From a virus (taxonomy: Duplodnaviria; Caudoviricetes): 61,089 nt of DNA. Positions 13,101 to 20,645 of the stretch are shown here, piece after piece. The DNA is taken from positions 1 through 61,089 of the IMG/VR virus record IMGVR_UViG_3300025108_000045. The stretch is one strand, 5' to 3'. The notes beneath the pieces were generated by a model. The model was given only the letters and a program-made list of their open reading frames with translations, did not search any database and was not told the origin of the DNA. The stretch's first letter is position 1. Every line of letters starts with the position of its first letter. Both the position numbers and the translations under genes were made by a program.

Positions 13101-16100
13101 GAACCTTTACCCCACATGTGAGAGCCAATAGTGAATCCACCCGACGCAACATCGCGGTCATCAAAGTTGATGAGCGTTTCTTCATCAATAGTGCTTGGCA
13201 TCATTGAGTTTTTGTTAGAGAATGATTCACCCGCGCGTCTGTAAATGTATCGAAGTATGTGTGACTTGCCGCGATGGTCAACCATTTTCATACCATAGAG
13301 AGGTTGTGTGCCTGTCACATCTTTTCCTGTTTCAGCAGAAGGTGCGTAAGTGTTGTAAAACTTGTAGTATGTGTCTGCGGGTGCAAGATTTTGACCATAG
13401 ATGGTGACAAATCGACCATCCCCCTTTCCGTCTTCACCAAAGCCCCATAGACCAGCATCGGGAGCAAAACCGGGAACGCCTGCGGCTACGATACCACCGA
13501 AGTTAATGCGTGCTTTAGCGCGTGTGCCTATCTGCAAACCTTCTCGTATTGTGAATTTTTGACCACCGTTTTCAAATGACTCCATAGCGCCACTGTTTGA
13601 CGAACGACCAGTAGTAGCCCCCGTGTTTGGAGTTTCAAATCCTTCTGCGGTGTTGAAATTAGCGTCGTATCCGAGGTGCAAATTTGTGATGAAATCATCA
13701 CCAGCCTCGTCCAATGCGACATATTCGCGAAGAGTGGTGATTGGGGCGAACGGTTTGCCGTTCTTATCAATCGGCATAGGCGCAGGGTGCATGTTTTCAC
13801 CTGCTATTTCGGGAGGTGAACAGAAGAAGTTGCGGAAACGACCACCGTGACCGATAAGGAATTGTGGTTTGTATTCAGCCTGTGACTTACTGTTGTCCAA
13901 CCAAGCGCAAAAGTTGCGCCCTGTTGCTCCGGGGACAGTGCTGTGTATCACTATGCTGTACCCTTCATTGCCGTTAGCATCTTCAACAACACGACCAATA
14001 TGCGCGCGAAGATAACCCATGTGAGAACCGCGGTCAAAAGAAGTGAAAGCACTGCTCATCCAAAACGGAGCAGGGTCGTGTGTCGAACCTGTCACTGCAA
14101 AATCAGCGTGCTGATGAATTGCAGTAGCGTCGGTTGGCTCTTGAGTTTCAGTTCCGGCTACTGACACTGCTCGCCTGTTAATATCGAATCGCTCACCTTC
14201 ACCAGCGTATTGGTCGGAGGGTCGTCGCTGACTGCTTCTGCCATTTAACGCACCGCCTTGATTGATGAGACGAACAACTTCGCGTGCCGCGGCCTCTATG
14301 TCTGTGACACCTTCTCGCAATCCAACCTCACCCATGTCAATGCTCAAACGGCGAACGAAGTCCATTTCGGTCCAGTGGGGAAGTTCCTTCAAGCGCGCAT
14401 CGCTCACAATGTTAGCAATGCTTCTCTTGCCCTTCAAACAAAGGAATGCTGAAATGACGCGCGTGCCTTCCGGTGAATCGAAGAAAGTCGCGCTAAACTC
14501 ATAATGACCTGCGGTGTCATCGACAATTGCTTCGGATGTATCGTGGTCTATCGTTTCAGCATGTCGCTGTTGAGCGCTGGTAATGCTTACTGTTGACTCG
14601 GAGACGCGCCCTTGACCAAACTGAGCAGATTCGCTACCGAAGGATATGGTGTGGTCTGTGCCGCGTGTCTTTCTTACAAAGTGAGTGGACGCTACACCGG
14701 ATGTTGCCATGTAAGCGTTGTCCATCAGCCACCACATTTTGTGAACATAGGCTCCTTCGACATATTGAGATTTGCCTTCATCTTTAATGAGATTGTAAGC
14801 GACGCTGTTGATTGTTTGAGCGTCTGTGCTTGATGTTGTTGCCTTATCCTTTCGTTGTGTCTTGAACCCTGCCGCCACATCAAGACCTTCAATGGCTGGT
14901 GTAGCGGCGCTTGTTTGAACTTGCATGTGTAAATCGTGGAATGCGATGAACTCACGGTCATGTTCAACATCATAAAGAAGAACGCGCGCATTTGTTTCAG
15001 TTGTTAGGTAAGGGTCGAGGTATGCTACAACAGGAGCAGAAGTGCTGTGTCCAAGTTCGGACCAATTGAGTTCGATGGTTTTGTTCACATGTTGAACAAA
15101 GTTACGAGCAGTCTCAATGCAAGTGTCGCCAATAAGGAAGTTTTCAAGAGGAAGAGTATCGCGCGCTTCAACTCCCAATGCACCTTTGCCGCCATTGAAT
15201 CCGCTCCACACTTCGTACTCATTTAACACTCCGCGCGATTTACAAAACATTCCTTCAATCGCGTGAGGATTTGTATAATGCATGTTCATCCACACACTGT
15301 CACCGTAACGCAATCCACCCGCACAGTATGGATTGTTCCAAGTAGCGTTCGCGATTGCATCCTCTTGCTTGAGAGGTAAAGTCGTTCCATTGATTGCATA
15401 AACACCGATGACAGTGATAACATCATCAGCCGCAAGATTAGGCGCACCGCTGTCGAGGACAGGGTGTGCAACGGTTGTCAACTCATTGACAGCGCTGGTT
15501 GAGTTGTAAATGATTTGATATTTACGCCCTGTGGCTTCGTTGATTCCCGCGAATGCGTAATTCGTCGGCAAATGCCCCTTGGGTAAATCTCCCTCAAAAT
15601 AGAAGGTTTGTCCTATTTTCAGTGCAATCAACTTCAACTTCGCGCCTTTTGATTTTATGCGACCAAGATGCGGGTTAGCGAGCGGACCGGCTTTGAACTC
15701 GACTGCGCTAACATACTGACGCAAACCATAGTCAAGATTGCCGCCTTGGGTCATTACGCTCCCGCGGTCGTAGTAAAATGGTCGTCGGTATTCTTGGGCG
15801 GAAGAAGCGTAGTTATCGTCACCAGTCATTGGGAAATTGTTTCCGTCAGCAACGGCTCCAACAGTGATTTGGGAACCGACTTCTAAACTTGAGAAGAAAT
15901 CTTCACTTGCGTGACCTTCTGTGTGGCTGAGAGTGAGAGTACCTGTGCCACTCCCTTCGTAGTAGGCCCACTCACCGTTGCCCAAAACAACTCTGCGAGT
16001 TCGACCAACGCTTGCCCCGCGAACTAATCCAGCGGCATTGAAATTCGATTCGGGTATGTGAGTAAAGCCGCTCATGATTTGCAATGCGGTTGAACTTCCT

Positions 16101-19100
16101 CGCCTTTCGTATCTGCGAACAGTAGCGCGAATAGGCAACTTGTTGGTGATGCGATACTGATACTGACCGAAAGCCTCGTAATCATTGGCAGGGTATGACC
16201 CTGCTCGACGGCCAACAGGTGAAGGGTTCCATGTATGCGCAGTCATAGTCGCATCAAGATGCAATTTCATGCTGTTATCGGGACCGGGGAATATGCCTGC
16301 ATCTCTGTCTTCAAAAAATTGTTGAGGGAATAATGGAATTTCAACAAGCGCGCGAGTGCTTGCGTATTGTGTTCCAAGTTGATAGTCATGTTGAACAGAG
16401 CCGATGGATTGAAAGAGACGGTCGTTGACTGTTGTTCCATCAGCGCAAATAGATGATGAGTTGAAGAGAGGGTCGAGAGATATGATGCTCCCAATCCCCA
16501 CTCCGCTCTTAGTGACCCAATCACTAAAACTCGATGCACCTCTTCCGTTAGGCAGTGTGCCACCGTCAGTCAACTGAAAGGTAATTCCTGTTCGGCTTGT
16601 GTATTCAGCGCTTGCCCCGTTCTCTAAATAAATGCGACCAGCGGCAGGGAAGCCGTATGTCCCCCACGCTTGCATATTCGCTGATAAATTATTGAGAGGG
16701 TTTACATCAATTTGAAAACTTCCTGTGTGAATGCCATTGACTTGTGTGCTCATATCATGACGAGTGTTCCAACCAATACGAGATAGTGTGGCAGGGTCCC
16801 ATGAGGGTTTTGTATTGACTGCGCCTTGACCTGCTCCACCAAGGGTTACTGAAACAACAGGCGCGCCGGGTTGTATTTCTTTGACAATGTGTGAGTTAGG
16901 ACTACCATCGCCGCTGTAAGACACTGTTTGGTCCGACACATCATCCATCAAGCCTTTTGCTTGCATGATGAGACTGCGACCGCCGGATGTATCTTTTACT
17001 TGCATTGAAGATAAACGACAGACTGATTGTATGAACTCAACTATGATGCGAGTAGGGTCGTTTGAATCAAGAGCGCTTGGAGTAACTCTTGACAATTGCA
17101 TAGTGCGCTCGCGCTTGCTTGGTTGAACAATGAGTATGTTGTTGCTACCAATTTTGTCATTGTCGATAATGTCAAACATTTCAAACGCGCCACCCTTCTG
17201 TGACGCGAATTGTTTAGCCTCTTGATAGCGAGCAGGGGCTTTACCAACAGGAGGGTCGCTTGCTCCGCGCTTCCTTGGTTGCAAATGCAACTTGTGGTAC
17301 GCAGAAGGGTGTCGCGTTGCCCCGACCCCTTGAGGTGGTTTGGAGGGTTCGTCTCCTGTGTTGCGCGGAGAATAATTTGAAGGGATGAGTGATTCATCCA
17401 AGTCCTCTTCAAATTCTATTCCACCTGTGTTATCTCCAACTAAGTAATGAGGTAAGAGCGCTATGTTACCATCCCCCACATCTTTGGGGTTGAGGAAGAT
17501 AACGCCGCCTGCGGAATGAATTGTTGCACCAGCGCTTACTGCATCCGCAATGTGAGCGGCTACGCGTTTACCATTCAGCAAACATCCTGCGTCGGGTACT
17601 GTTTTTGTAACAAGCAAAGAAGGGTTACTAAGCCCCATCTTTCCGCCTGTAAGGTCGATTGCATCATAGTGAATTTCAACATACCCTGCTGTCAATCCCG
17701 ACACCTCAAGGATTGCTATTCGCGCTTCTGTTTCGGGCGTGAGGTGATTTTTGTATGAAACATCGTCGGTTGAAGAAACATCAATGCCTCCACCTTTGAG
17801 TAGGAAGGGGCGAACATCATCCACTGAGATAGCGATGACACCATCGCGATGAGCGTCAATTGCCGCCAAGCCATTCCTTACTATTCCATTTGTATTAGCA
17901 CTGATAATAATTTGAGAAATGCGAGAATTGATAGCAGTGTGGCTAATTTCAATCTTGCTGTTGATTGGTAGTTGTTCTTTCAAACCAAGATAACTACCCG
18001 CGAAGGTAACTATCACATCGTCTGCTATACCATCAATGGTTCGCGTCACATCTTGAGTGTGTGTCGGAGGTAGCATTCTCAAGTAAGAGTGTCCTTCTCG
18101 CTGAGTGAACTTGTGTCGTCCCGTGTGTCCTGCTTTGAAACGCTCATCCAGCGACCATGAGGCTGGTGAGAAATTGTTTCCTGTGGCAATGTTGCGCGAA
18201 AACATAAAGCCGTGAAAACCATTACCGCTTTCGTCAATGACCATCGCGCCTGTTCGGTCAATGGCTTGACTACCTGTGCCTATGGTTTGGTATGGTTTGC
18301 CCGATATGCCGTCGATGAGCAGGTCGGAACGGACAAGCACCATGGTTGAGTCGTTTGCAAAGTTGTTAGAAGAATCAAATGCAGTTCGCGGATGAAGAAC
18401 ACCGCGAGAGCCAGTGTCGGGTGACAAGCCAAAATCGAGATGAATGCTGTCAATTGTTACAGTACCGTTGATATTGATTTGCTTAAGACGAACTCTCTCC
18501 GGCGGAGATGCGTTAGGAATGCCTGTGAGGGTGTCTGTACCTGTCGGGTTGATGATGAGGTTGAAAGGAGTGTGAGCGACGCTGATGACCTGCGCTCCGC
18601 TACTGTGAGCGGCGTTTGCTACTCGATAGTTACCAAGACTCTCAAGCGTGTAGTTTGCCAATAACGCATCGGACTTGCCGCTCACTGTTTCGTAAAGCGT
18701 TTGACAGGCTGTTGCTCCTATGGTGATGGTAGTGTCGCCTGCTGACACGGCTGATGTGATAGCGAACTCATCATCATCCACTTCAACAGGCTCTTCAAAG
18801 CGCCATAGACCGATAGTGTTCGTTGAACGAAGACATGGTTGTGCGCGCGTAGCAATTTCACTAACACCACGCTTCCAATGCACTGATTCAATGTAACCTC
18901 GGTATTCACCACCTTCACCGCCAATGAACAAATCTTGGTCGTTAAAGTTGCATGTGTGTTTCTTGTTGGTTCGCTCGGAAGCCATCAATTCACCATTGAC
19001 ATAGAGTTTGATTTGACGACCGTTGAATTCGCCCATGATGTGATAAAGTTCGCGCTGACCGATGTTGTACCCTACATTGTTTGAAACAAATGAACCTGCC

Positions 19101-19471
19101 GCGTTTGGGTAGTTGTTAGCCGTCTGTGCAATCAGCGAAACACCATTGCTGAATGTAACTGAGAATGATGCTTTGGCTGGCGCATCGACTGAACCCATGC
19201 GCAGTTCAAATAAACTCTCTTTGCTCGCGATGACACCGCCACAGTCGGGCGACACCCATGCTTCAACTGTGAACTGCTCGAATGATTGGTTTTTCACTTG
19301 ACCTAACCGATGGCTATCACCCTCTTGCAGTACAGGTGCAGAAGAGCGCGCTTCATTGCCTTCGAGGATACGCTTATGCCCTGTTTGTGTAAAATCACCT
19401 TGAGGACAAACGACGCTATCGCTCACACCGTTGAAGAAGAGCGCGTGACTTGTTTGTCCAATAACAGCCAT
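4190..19471 (-). CDS. Giant virion tail protein with N-terminal LamG/concanavalin A-like domain (5093 aa)
   Basis: Uninterrupted 15.3-kb ORF; likely start MAVIGQ at 19471, just after the upstream stop. LamG motifs ALFFNG, FTVEAWV, KLYVNG, LFIGG, YRGYIE, GLWRFEE. Confidence 0.85.
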   Translation of the reverse strand: MAVIGQTSHALFFNGVSDSVVCPQGDFTQTGHKRILEGNEARSSAPVLQEGDSHRLGQVKNQSFEQFTVEAWVSPDCGGVIASKESLFELRMGSVDAPAKASFSVTFSNGVSLIAQTANNYPNAAGSFVSNNVGYNIGQRELYHIMGEFNGRQIKLYVNGELMASERTNKKHTCNFNDQDLFIGGEGGEYRGYIESVHWKRGVSEIATRAQPCLRSTNTIGLWRFEEPVEVDDDEFAITSAVSAGDTTITIGATACQTLYETVSGKSDALLANYTLESLGNYRVANAAHSSGAQVISVAHTPFNLIINPTGTDTLTGIPNASPPERVRLKQININGTVTIDSIHLDFGLSPDTGSRGVLHPRTAFDSSNNFANDSTMVLVRSDLLIDGISGKPYQTIGTGSQAIDRTGAMVIDESGNGFHGFMFSRNIATGNNFSPASWSLDERFKAGHTGRHKFTQREGHSYLRMLPPTHTQDVTRTIDGIADDVIVTFAGSYLGLKEQLPINSKIEISHTAINSRISQIIISANTNGIVRNGLAAIDAHRDGVIAISVDDVRPFLLKGGGIDVSSTDDVSYKNHLTPETEARIAILEVSGLTAGYVEIHYDAIDLTGGKMGLSNPSLLVTKTVPDAGCLLNGKRVAAHIADAVSAGATIHSAGGVIFLNPKDVGDGNIALLPHYLVGDNTGGIEFEEDLDESLIPSNYSPRNTGDEPSKPPQGVGATRHPSAYHKLHLQPRKRGASDPPVGKAPARYQEAKQFASQKGGAFEMFDIIDNDKIGSNNILIVQPSKRERTMQLSRVTPSALDSNDPTRIIVEFIQSVCRLSSMQVKDTSGGRSLIMQAKGLMDDVSDQTVSYSGDGSPNSHIVKEIQPGAPVVSVTLGGAGQGAVNTKPSWDPATLSRIGWNTRHDMSTQVNGIHTGSFQIDVNPLNNLSANMQAWGTYGFPAAGRIYLENGASAEYTSRTGITFQLTDGGTLPNGRGASSFSDWVTKSGVGIGSIISLDPLFNSSSICADGTTVNDRLFQSIGSVQHDYQLGTQYASTRALVEIPLFPQQFFEDRDAGIFPGPDNSMKLHLDATMTAHTWNPSPVGRRAGSYPANDYEAFGQYQYRITNKLPIRATVRRYERRGSSTALQIMSGFTHIPESNFNAAGLVRGASVGRTRRVVLGNGEWAYYEGSGTGTLTLSHTEGHASEDFFSSLEVGSQITVGAVADGNNFPMTGDDNYASSAQEYRRPFYYDRGSVMTQGGNLDYGLRQYVSAVEFKAGPLANPHLGRIKSKGAKLKLIALKIGQTFYFEGDLPKGHLPTNYAFAGINEATGRKYQIIYNSTSAVNELTTVAHPVLDSGAPNLAADDVITVIGVYAINGTTLPLKQEDAIANATWNNPYCAGGLRYGDSVWMNMHYTNPHAIEGMFCKSRGVLNEYEVWSGFNGGKGALGVEARDTLPLENFLIGDTCIETARNFVQHVNKTIELNWSELGHSTSAPVVAYLDPYLTTETNARVLLYDVEHDREFIAFHDLHMQVQTSAATPAIEGLDVAAGFKTQRKDKATTSSTDAQTINSVAYNLIKDEGKSQYVEGAYVHKMWWLMDNAYMATSGVASTHFVRKTRGTDHTISFGSESAQFGQGRVSESTVSITSAQQRHAETIDHDTSEAIVDDTAGHYEFSATFFDSPEGTRVISAFLCLKGKRSIANIVSDARLKELPHWTEMDFVRRLSIDMGEVGLREGVTDIEAAAREVVRLINQGGALNGRSSQRRPSDQYAGEGERFDINRRAVSVAGTETQEPTDATAIHQHADFAVTGSTHDPAPFWMSSAFTSFDRGSHMGYLRAHIGRVVEDANGNEGYSIVIHSTVPGATGRNFCAWLDNSKSQAEYKPQFLIGHGGRFRNFFCSPPEIAGENMHPAPMPIDKNGKPFAPITTLREYVALDEAGDDFITNLHLGYDANFNTAEGFETPNTGATTGRSSNSGAMESFENGGQKFTIREGLQIGTRAKARINFGGIVAAGVPGFAPDAGLWGFGEDGKGDGRFVTIYGQNLAPADTYYKFYNTYAPSAETGKDVTGTQPLYGMKMVDHRGKSHILRYIYRRAGESFSNKNSMMPSTIDEETLINFDDRDVASGGFTIGSHMWGKGSDGTPFFYSAGSEKEWRGNKWRGVHTPNAGYAVTMKNLMSNNTLEINAASGYGYYNSGIWHHSPDVDDVLGWMGFPDSGLIWLAIPSSTSAYGEVGVVFSYSSRTHNGRAGPHSFAGLAGVDADDIHAQYFSAQVNRGPTAYDDNNAPVIISPHLNQTTIVTDELIAAATAYAFTVDPNEDNQFFDCSHLRAPDGRTYGEVMGDSARTAIKITTFNRNKQIIPLRSLFSVSLSKDWGINASSKETSVVSATHGTGGTFGGLGASQLNSQMLDCGYLPSTLLTISTRYRGYNANTATPILVDQTNNAVPTAEWKKHLQGDKFTRFDGDHITPALESHTFQLDTQSGSLPSGEKDTYQLELRDPHNFAVLGRQYAWQLQHVDASGNNLNRDVHNEFGGAIDGSWSPFKRMDLTEDSYIYCAAFSPIERGGGEAIVAANQMIGWHNNEGKGDFRTLLGSTGQLMQRFKFVNDIQGMRLSANRKGNPLLYFRGAHDSVDHNVPLYFGGGFSGVVMDINDGSRVDYSSHNKHPYAKGPTGSAGLQDIGEKMGAFALLDTAAMFAMFPASALVNQHRGEASPPFANADAILNPDIDGNRDTHPIPGTTYDSVKVAQPVPVVLRFAHPYARYDDSENSVAYMVFGPGQSVPKHWSGEIGSITQSVEPSAKWIAAWKKYCSLDGATGTTFDQGNEAGYFLPNELSNGTLNGASNQFLPPTDAYGANNVFPYETFRHWEPSYGSPNSAFNQTLSTQARYVSSHFFGPNATGQSAANEYAHPFSHYRATARFASAISNFSINKLAFHLDGGYTAGGSWFDNSVRKNAPHPITATLVNSVNSTVQYIDRLGLNATMFRVGSQVLIDYDDNLSAPVPEDVFLIDATRCQNSEELGAVVAAAINTFPGRANLKALGGSFLPSFQDAQRQDKYGWIDVGNLGTYTDAASGGLVSVSTALPMTLPENGWIRVSNGTKSYYGYYSHYDVAQGTFVLGANFRNGQNRLEEPALSGTGDVSSVEGAGHKVFVWSKAGNLRWDNGFQNAVDGTRATGATSSGQMSNGPFDHYASTQVHFSGVTDAIDRTRAVGAVGWHGERYSYFNSLNISDKVAAGLGAWHPMLGFNPYGSGMACHQPASMEWILRPATGAGEEENAQYIWVPKNNLHDSTGLHQRHFIVVSYEGDLPIIAKASRNGQKACGDMLQLKWGGTQGGTVASYHNDRFNNDRFSAESNAGPHIEAMYDTTITRPTDASPLWTSSPATSSELTQAETCLFPTGDLFFDKEENPNNKYYPNDPLFDSETAKVEMKGYEVYETHRDDIYSHWKDRSAARNFFVEHVVWKRMSGGNLTLPAQNARGLGSIPWAVHKVGDSYVKFGETIYGNVRFSFETTNAGMFPIIQAQELAHPSLAEQYPYEVRNALSIPNEEMQFVSTVVVDDTGQEHTLEGGSPLGVVIRDYELVHDRENEGLAPALAGSGVSPNMKIRLPNHDEIPGNILVRAGFDRLQAYQNETLGSGGLQHPSQPTAEVLSSFESESARPNTAPRWEQEGYEHINQNPNNFPDSNNSLQSQNILETAYEPHDRALYFHITKMGYTYTEREPLSIINNAMTLNRLTVDVVGTDTITAKETITADIWKQDPTPDGRYFLSVNGTIASFKEVSGKQFQQVVFAPDFTAKEDDGIKPSFYIPAGSTRQFAARRLRDHAEVSGNSPDKPHTDWANLPAGVSPATLVRAANKLTPMPLPRMGHHYVAPTMAMLPGHLAHPLYQKLNANARACFGATDADSSKAVHNPLLWFSGPTSPQPPSDIHGDGFTLLTETKLRFDGYGMADDSAVCNKAGGHRIQLESGSNYNTSWNFPDPAEVGAYQIVIQPNLFSKQFMGNNENTEYANTDAPEDPSGANSTKRSLTDQLVATVVALQWNGVQFDLILSEATMADTRGCEIFVNELILDHDASTREQFANTPILGLANPFGVNATSSGAFTRRSLPYHPNMFHRATPGNTVTVPWWSAALDSSTIFATNKWKRIEQYQPDDYYHFCRSTLGAVGTQTTMLGYPSHYLDVYTEYLTSLTPVATIEHSISGTGKLYVQNNTLFPLVGSDYYNHHLLIVDADGVEQTATYTDRGYISQTGATGPVVFNGVAPVTSGFWAAAVQGATVRLTSPYNNFNASAYYNDSTKSIATRNLPQLLSGTRDTNSMHLPDAYLCMWHYNLGRPMTWFSDSRTNKEDAAVDKKAYNHAPEHFETVHYHEFTYAMSDGPFKFRMKTWEGPGDDLTDAYPDANYPHQAGTDGKSRKYQLGAFWSGGHRFGAQMSSLSLYGTAMVGWRNKWDDPNIKQVTDAKGLVVTDANVETMTDSINSASTNRNAGWGYRVSVRQPYNRPRWAIKANQALRDPYTNYHYQAEGPFVSNDGATMTTTTQSASNTTTPTTNVKPSYVGVIERQTNASALVGTNLKGQQVQYSDGRRMTKGFGCAVRNIRNPSTAIRRFHSDTPAGLKAGTDVVDQRVNLALAQAHYMIDWWGNTTGEDVRRFPVRGFGIRPSWDPEDAYRATDRTKSAETMFSDTALRASVASERFFDPATAKRVGDRGDGRGVRYPTYFNEDILQDVSEDMQPFGLVLSHHTSEPPFTNGLIRPSNVDLESHEMPRGISARLELAGSDGLLKREANIGNNVEHSNFTFMQEPIAKSKPRIGLDTMTVGENDGEMGPAYAIASTEAHSLHTDRQVGQRFILTGGVSTANRALDNLNLHTLDFASTKQVLRFGTTHGVPVMGGTFILELSSEGEPIDDYLWGSASGASTNPYQTSNHDSKSYKTNAKDETIKFLVRPVRVLDNKHIELFRDKRTHVLSATAAGRYGVFLYDAPNARAADAASTYMRGSNPAPNNPPYAPVYLFNLSASTSAPVSTGPKIAGSGASDFKSTATQSVARMIVSSNTLQHFRGDASRRQSVQDEQDSFIRLDYNVQPRYTQQLYAGDDLNTGDHANESDRTDKEATL

Positions 19472-19472
19472 G

Positions 19473-20645
19473 TCAAGTCCCCACAATGAAATCAATTGGT
19501 TGGAAGGTAATGTCGCCTTCGTAAATGTTCTCACCAGCGTTATAATTCATCGACATGGAAACGACTGTGCCGGATATGCCAGTCCTGTCATCAGTAGGGT
19601 CAAAAAGAGTTGATACGCTGAGATTGTTTGCTTCCGAATCTTCTTCATCAGCCCTGCTCAATCCGTTGACGATTCTAAAATTACGCTCCACATAATCACC
19701 GTCGCTTGAAGATGAAGTGATGATTGAGTTGTAAGGCAGTTGCATACCGATGATGTAGTCATTACTCTGCCCCGCGACTAAACTGAAATCTTTGTCAACA
19801 ACAAGCGCTCCTGCTTTCAGCAGACTACCGGAAGTTCCGGCAAGATTTGCATTGCCTACATACGCAATGAGGTCCTGTAATTTATCGCCCGCGCTCTTGC
19901 ATGACATGTCTTTGCCACCTCCGAATGTTTCAAAGAAAGGGGTGTTCCCTGCGAAAGTTGTGCTAAACGAAGGTGTTTCATTGTTACTCGCGAACCCTTT
20001 TTCTTTTGCTGTGAATGTAATTTTACAGTTGGTTGCCAAGTTTTTACCCACACCTAAAGTAATAGTGAAAGCATCGGTGAAGTTCGTACCACCATCTGTC
20101 GTTAATTGGTCAGTCGTTGAGGGAGTGAGAGTGTTATCTTCAAGTGCAGTCTTGATAGCCCCCGCTAACGACGCACCTGTGGTGATACCTTGTATGCCGA
20201 CAGTGATTGTTTGAGGATTGTTTGACCTTGTGTTAGAAGAAGAGCCGCTATCGAATACAACGCGAACAGGCTTACGGGTAGTGTTTTGCCCTGTGTAAGC
20301 CGTTTCAATTTCAAAATACAAACCGTCCAAATCAGCGTTAGTGACACCCCCCGTATCACCGCTCATCATAATCGGATGCGAACCACCGCTATTATCTTTC
20401 AGCGCGCTGAAATCAATGGAAGCCACTGCCGCAGTTTTTTGAAATGTGGAAGCGGCGCAGTTATCATCGGACAGAACGATAGTAAGTCGATAATCAGCGC
20501 TCACCATGTTCATGTCAGCCGCGTAGCGCGTACCTATCACTGGAACACTGAGAACTGGAACACTGCGCGTGATGTTCATACTGTAATTAGTCACATCAAG
20601 CACGATGACCTCACCGTCGTTACGAATCAAACGAACCTTCGTCAT
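19473..20645 (-). CDS. Distal tail (Dit-like) protein (390 aa)
   Basis: Immediately follows the tape measure gene (ATGA overlap); beta-rich termini with an inserted domain. Inferred from position. Confidence 0.55.
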   Translation of the reverse strand: MTKVRLIRNDGEVIVLDVTNYSMNITRSVPVLSVPVIGTRYAADMNMVSADYRLTIVLSDDNCAASTFQKTAAVASIDFSALKDNSGGSHPIMMSGDTGGVTNADLDGLYFEIETAYTGQNTTRKPVRVVFDSGSSSNTRSNNPQTITVGIQGITTGASLAGAIKTALEDNTLTPSTTDQLTTDGGTNFTDAFTITLGVGKNLATNCKITFTAKEKGFASNNETPSFSTTFAGNTPFFETFGGGKDMSCKSAGDKLQDLIAYVGNANLAGTSGSLLKAGALVVDKDFSLVAGQSNDYIIGMQLPYNSIITSSSSDGDYVERNFRIVNGLSRADEEDSEANNLSVSTLFDPTDDRTGISGTVVSMSMNYNAGENIYEGDITFQPIDFIVGT

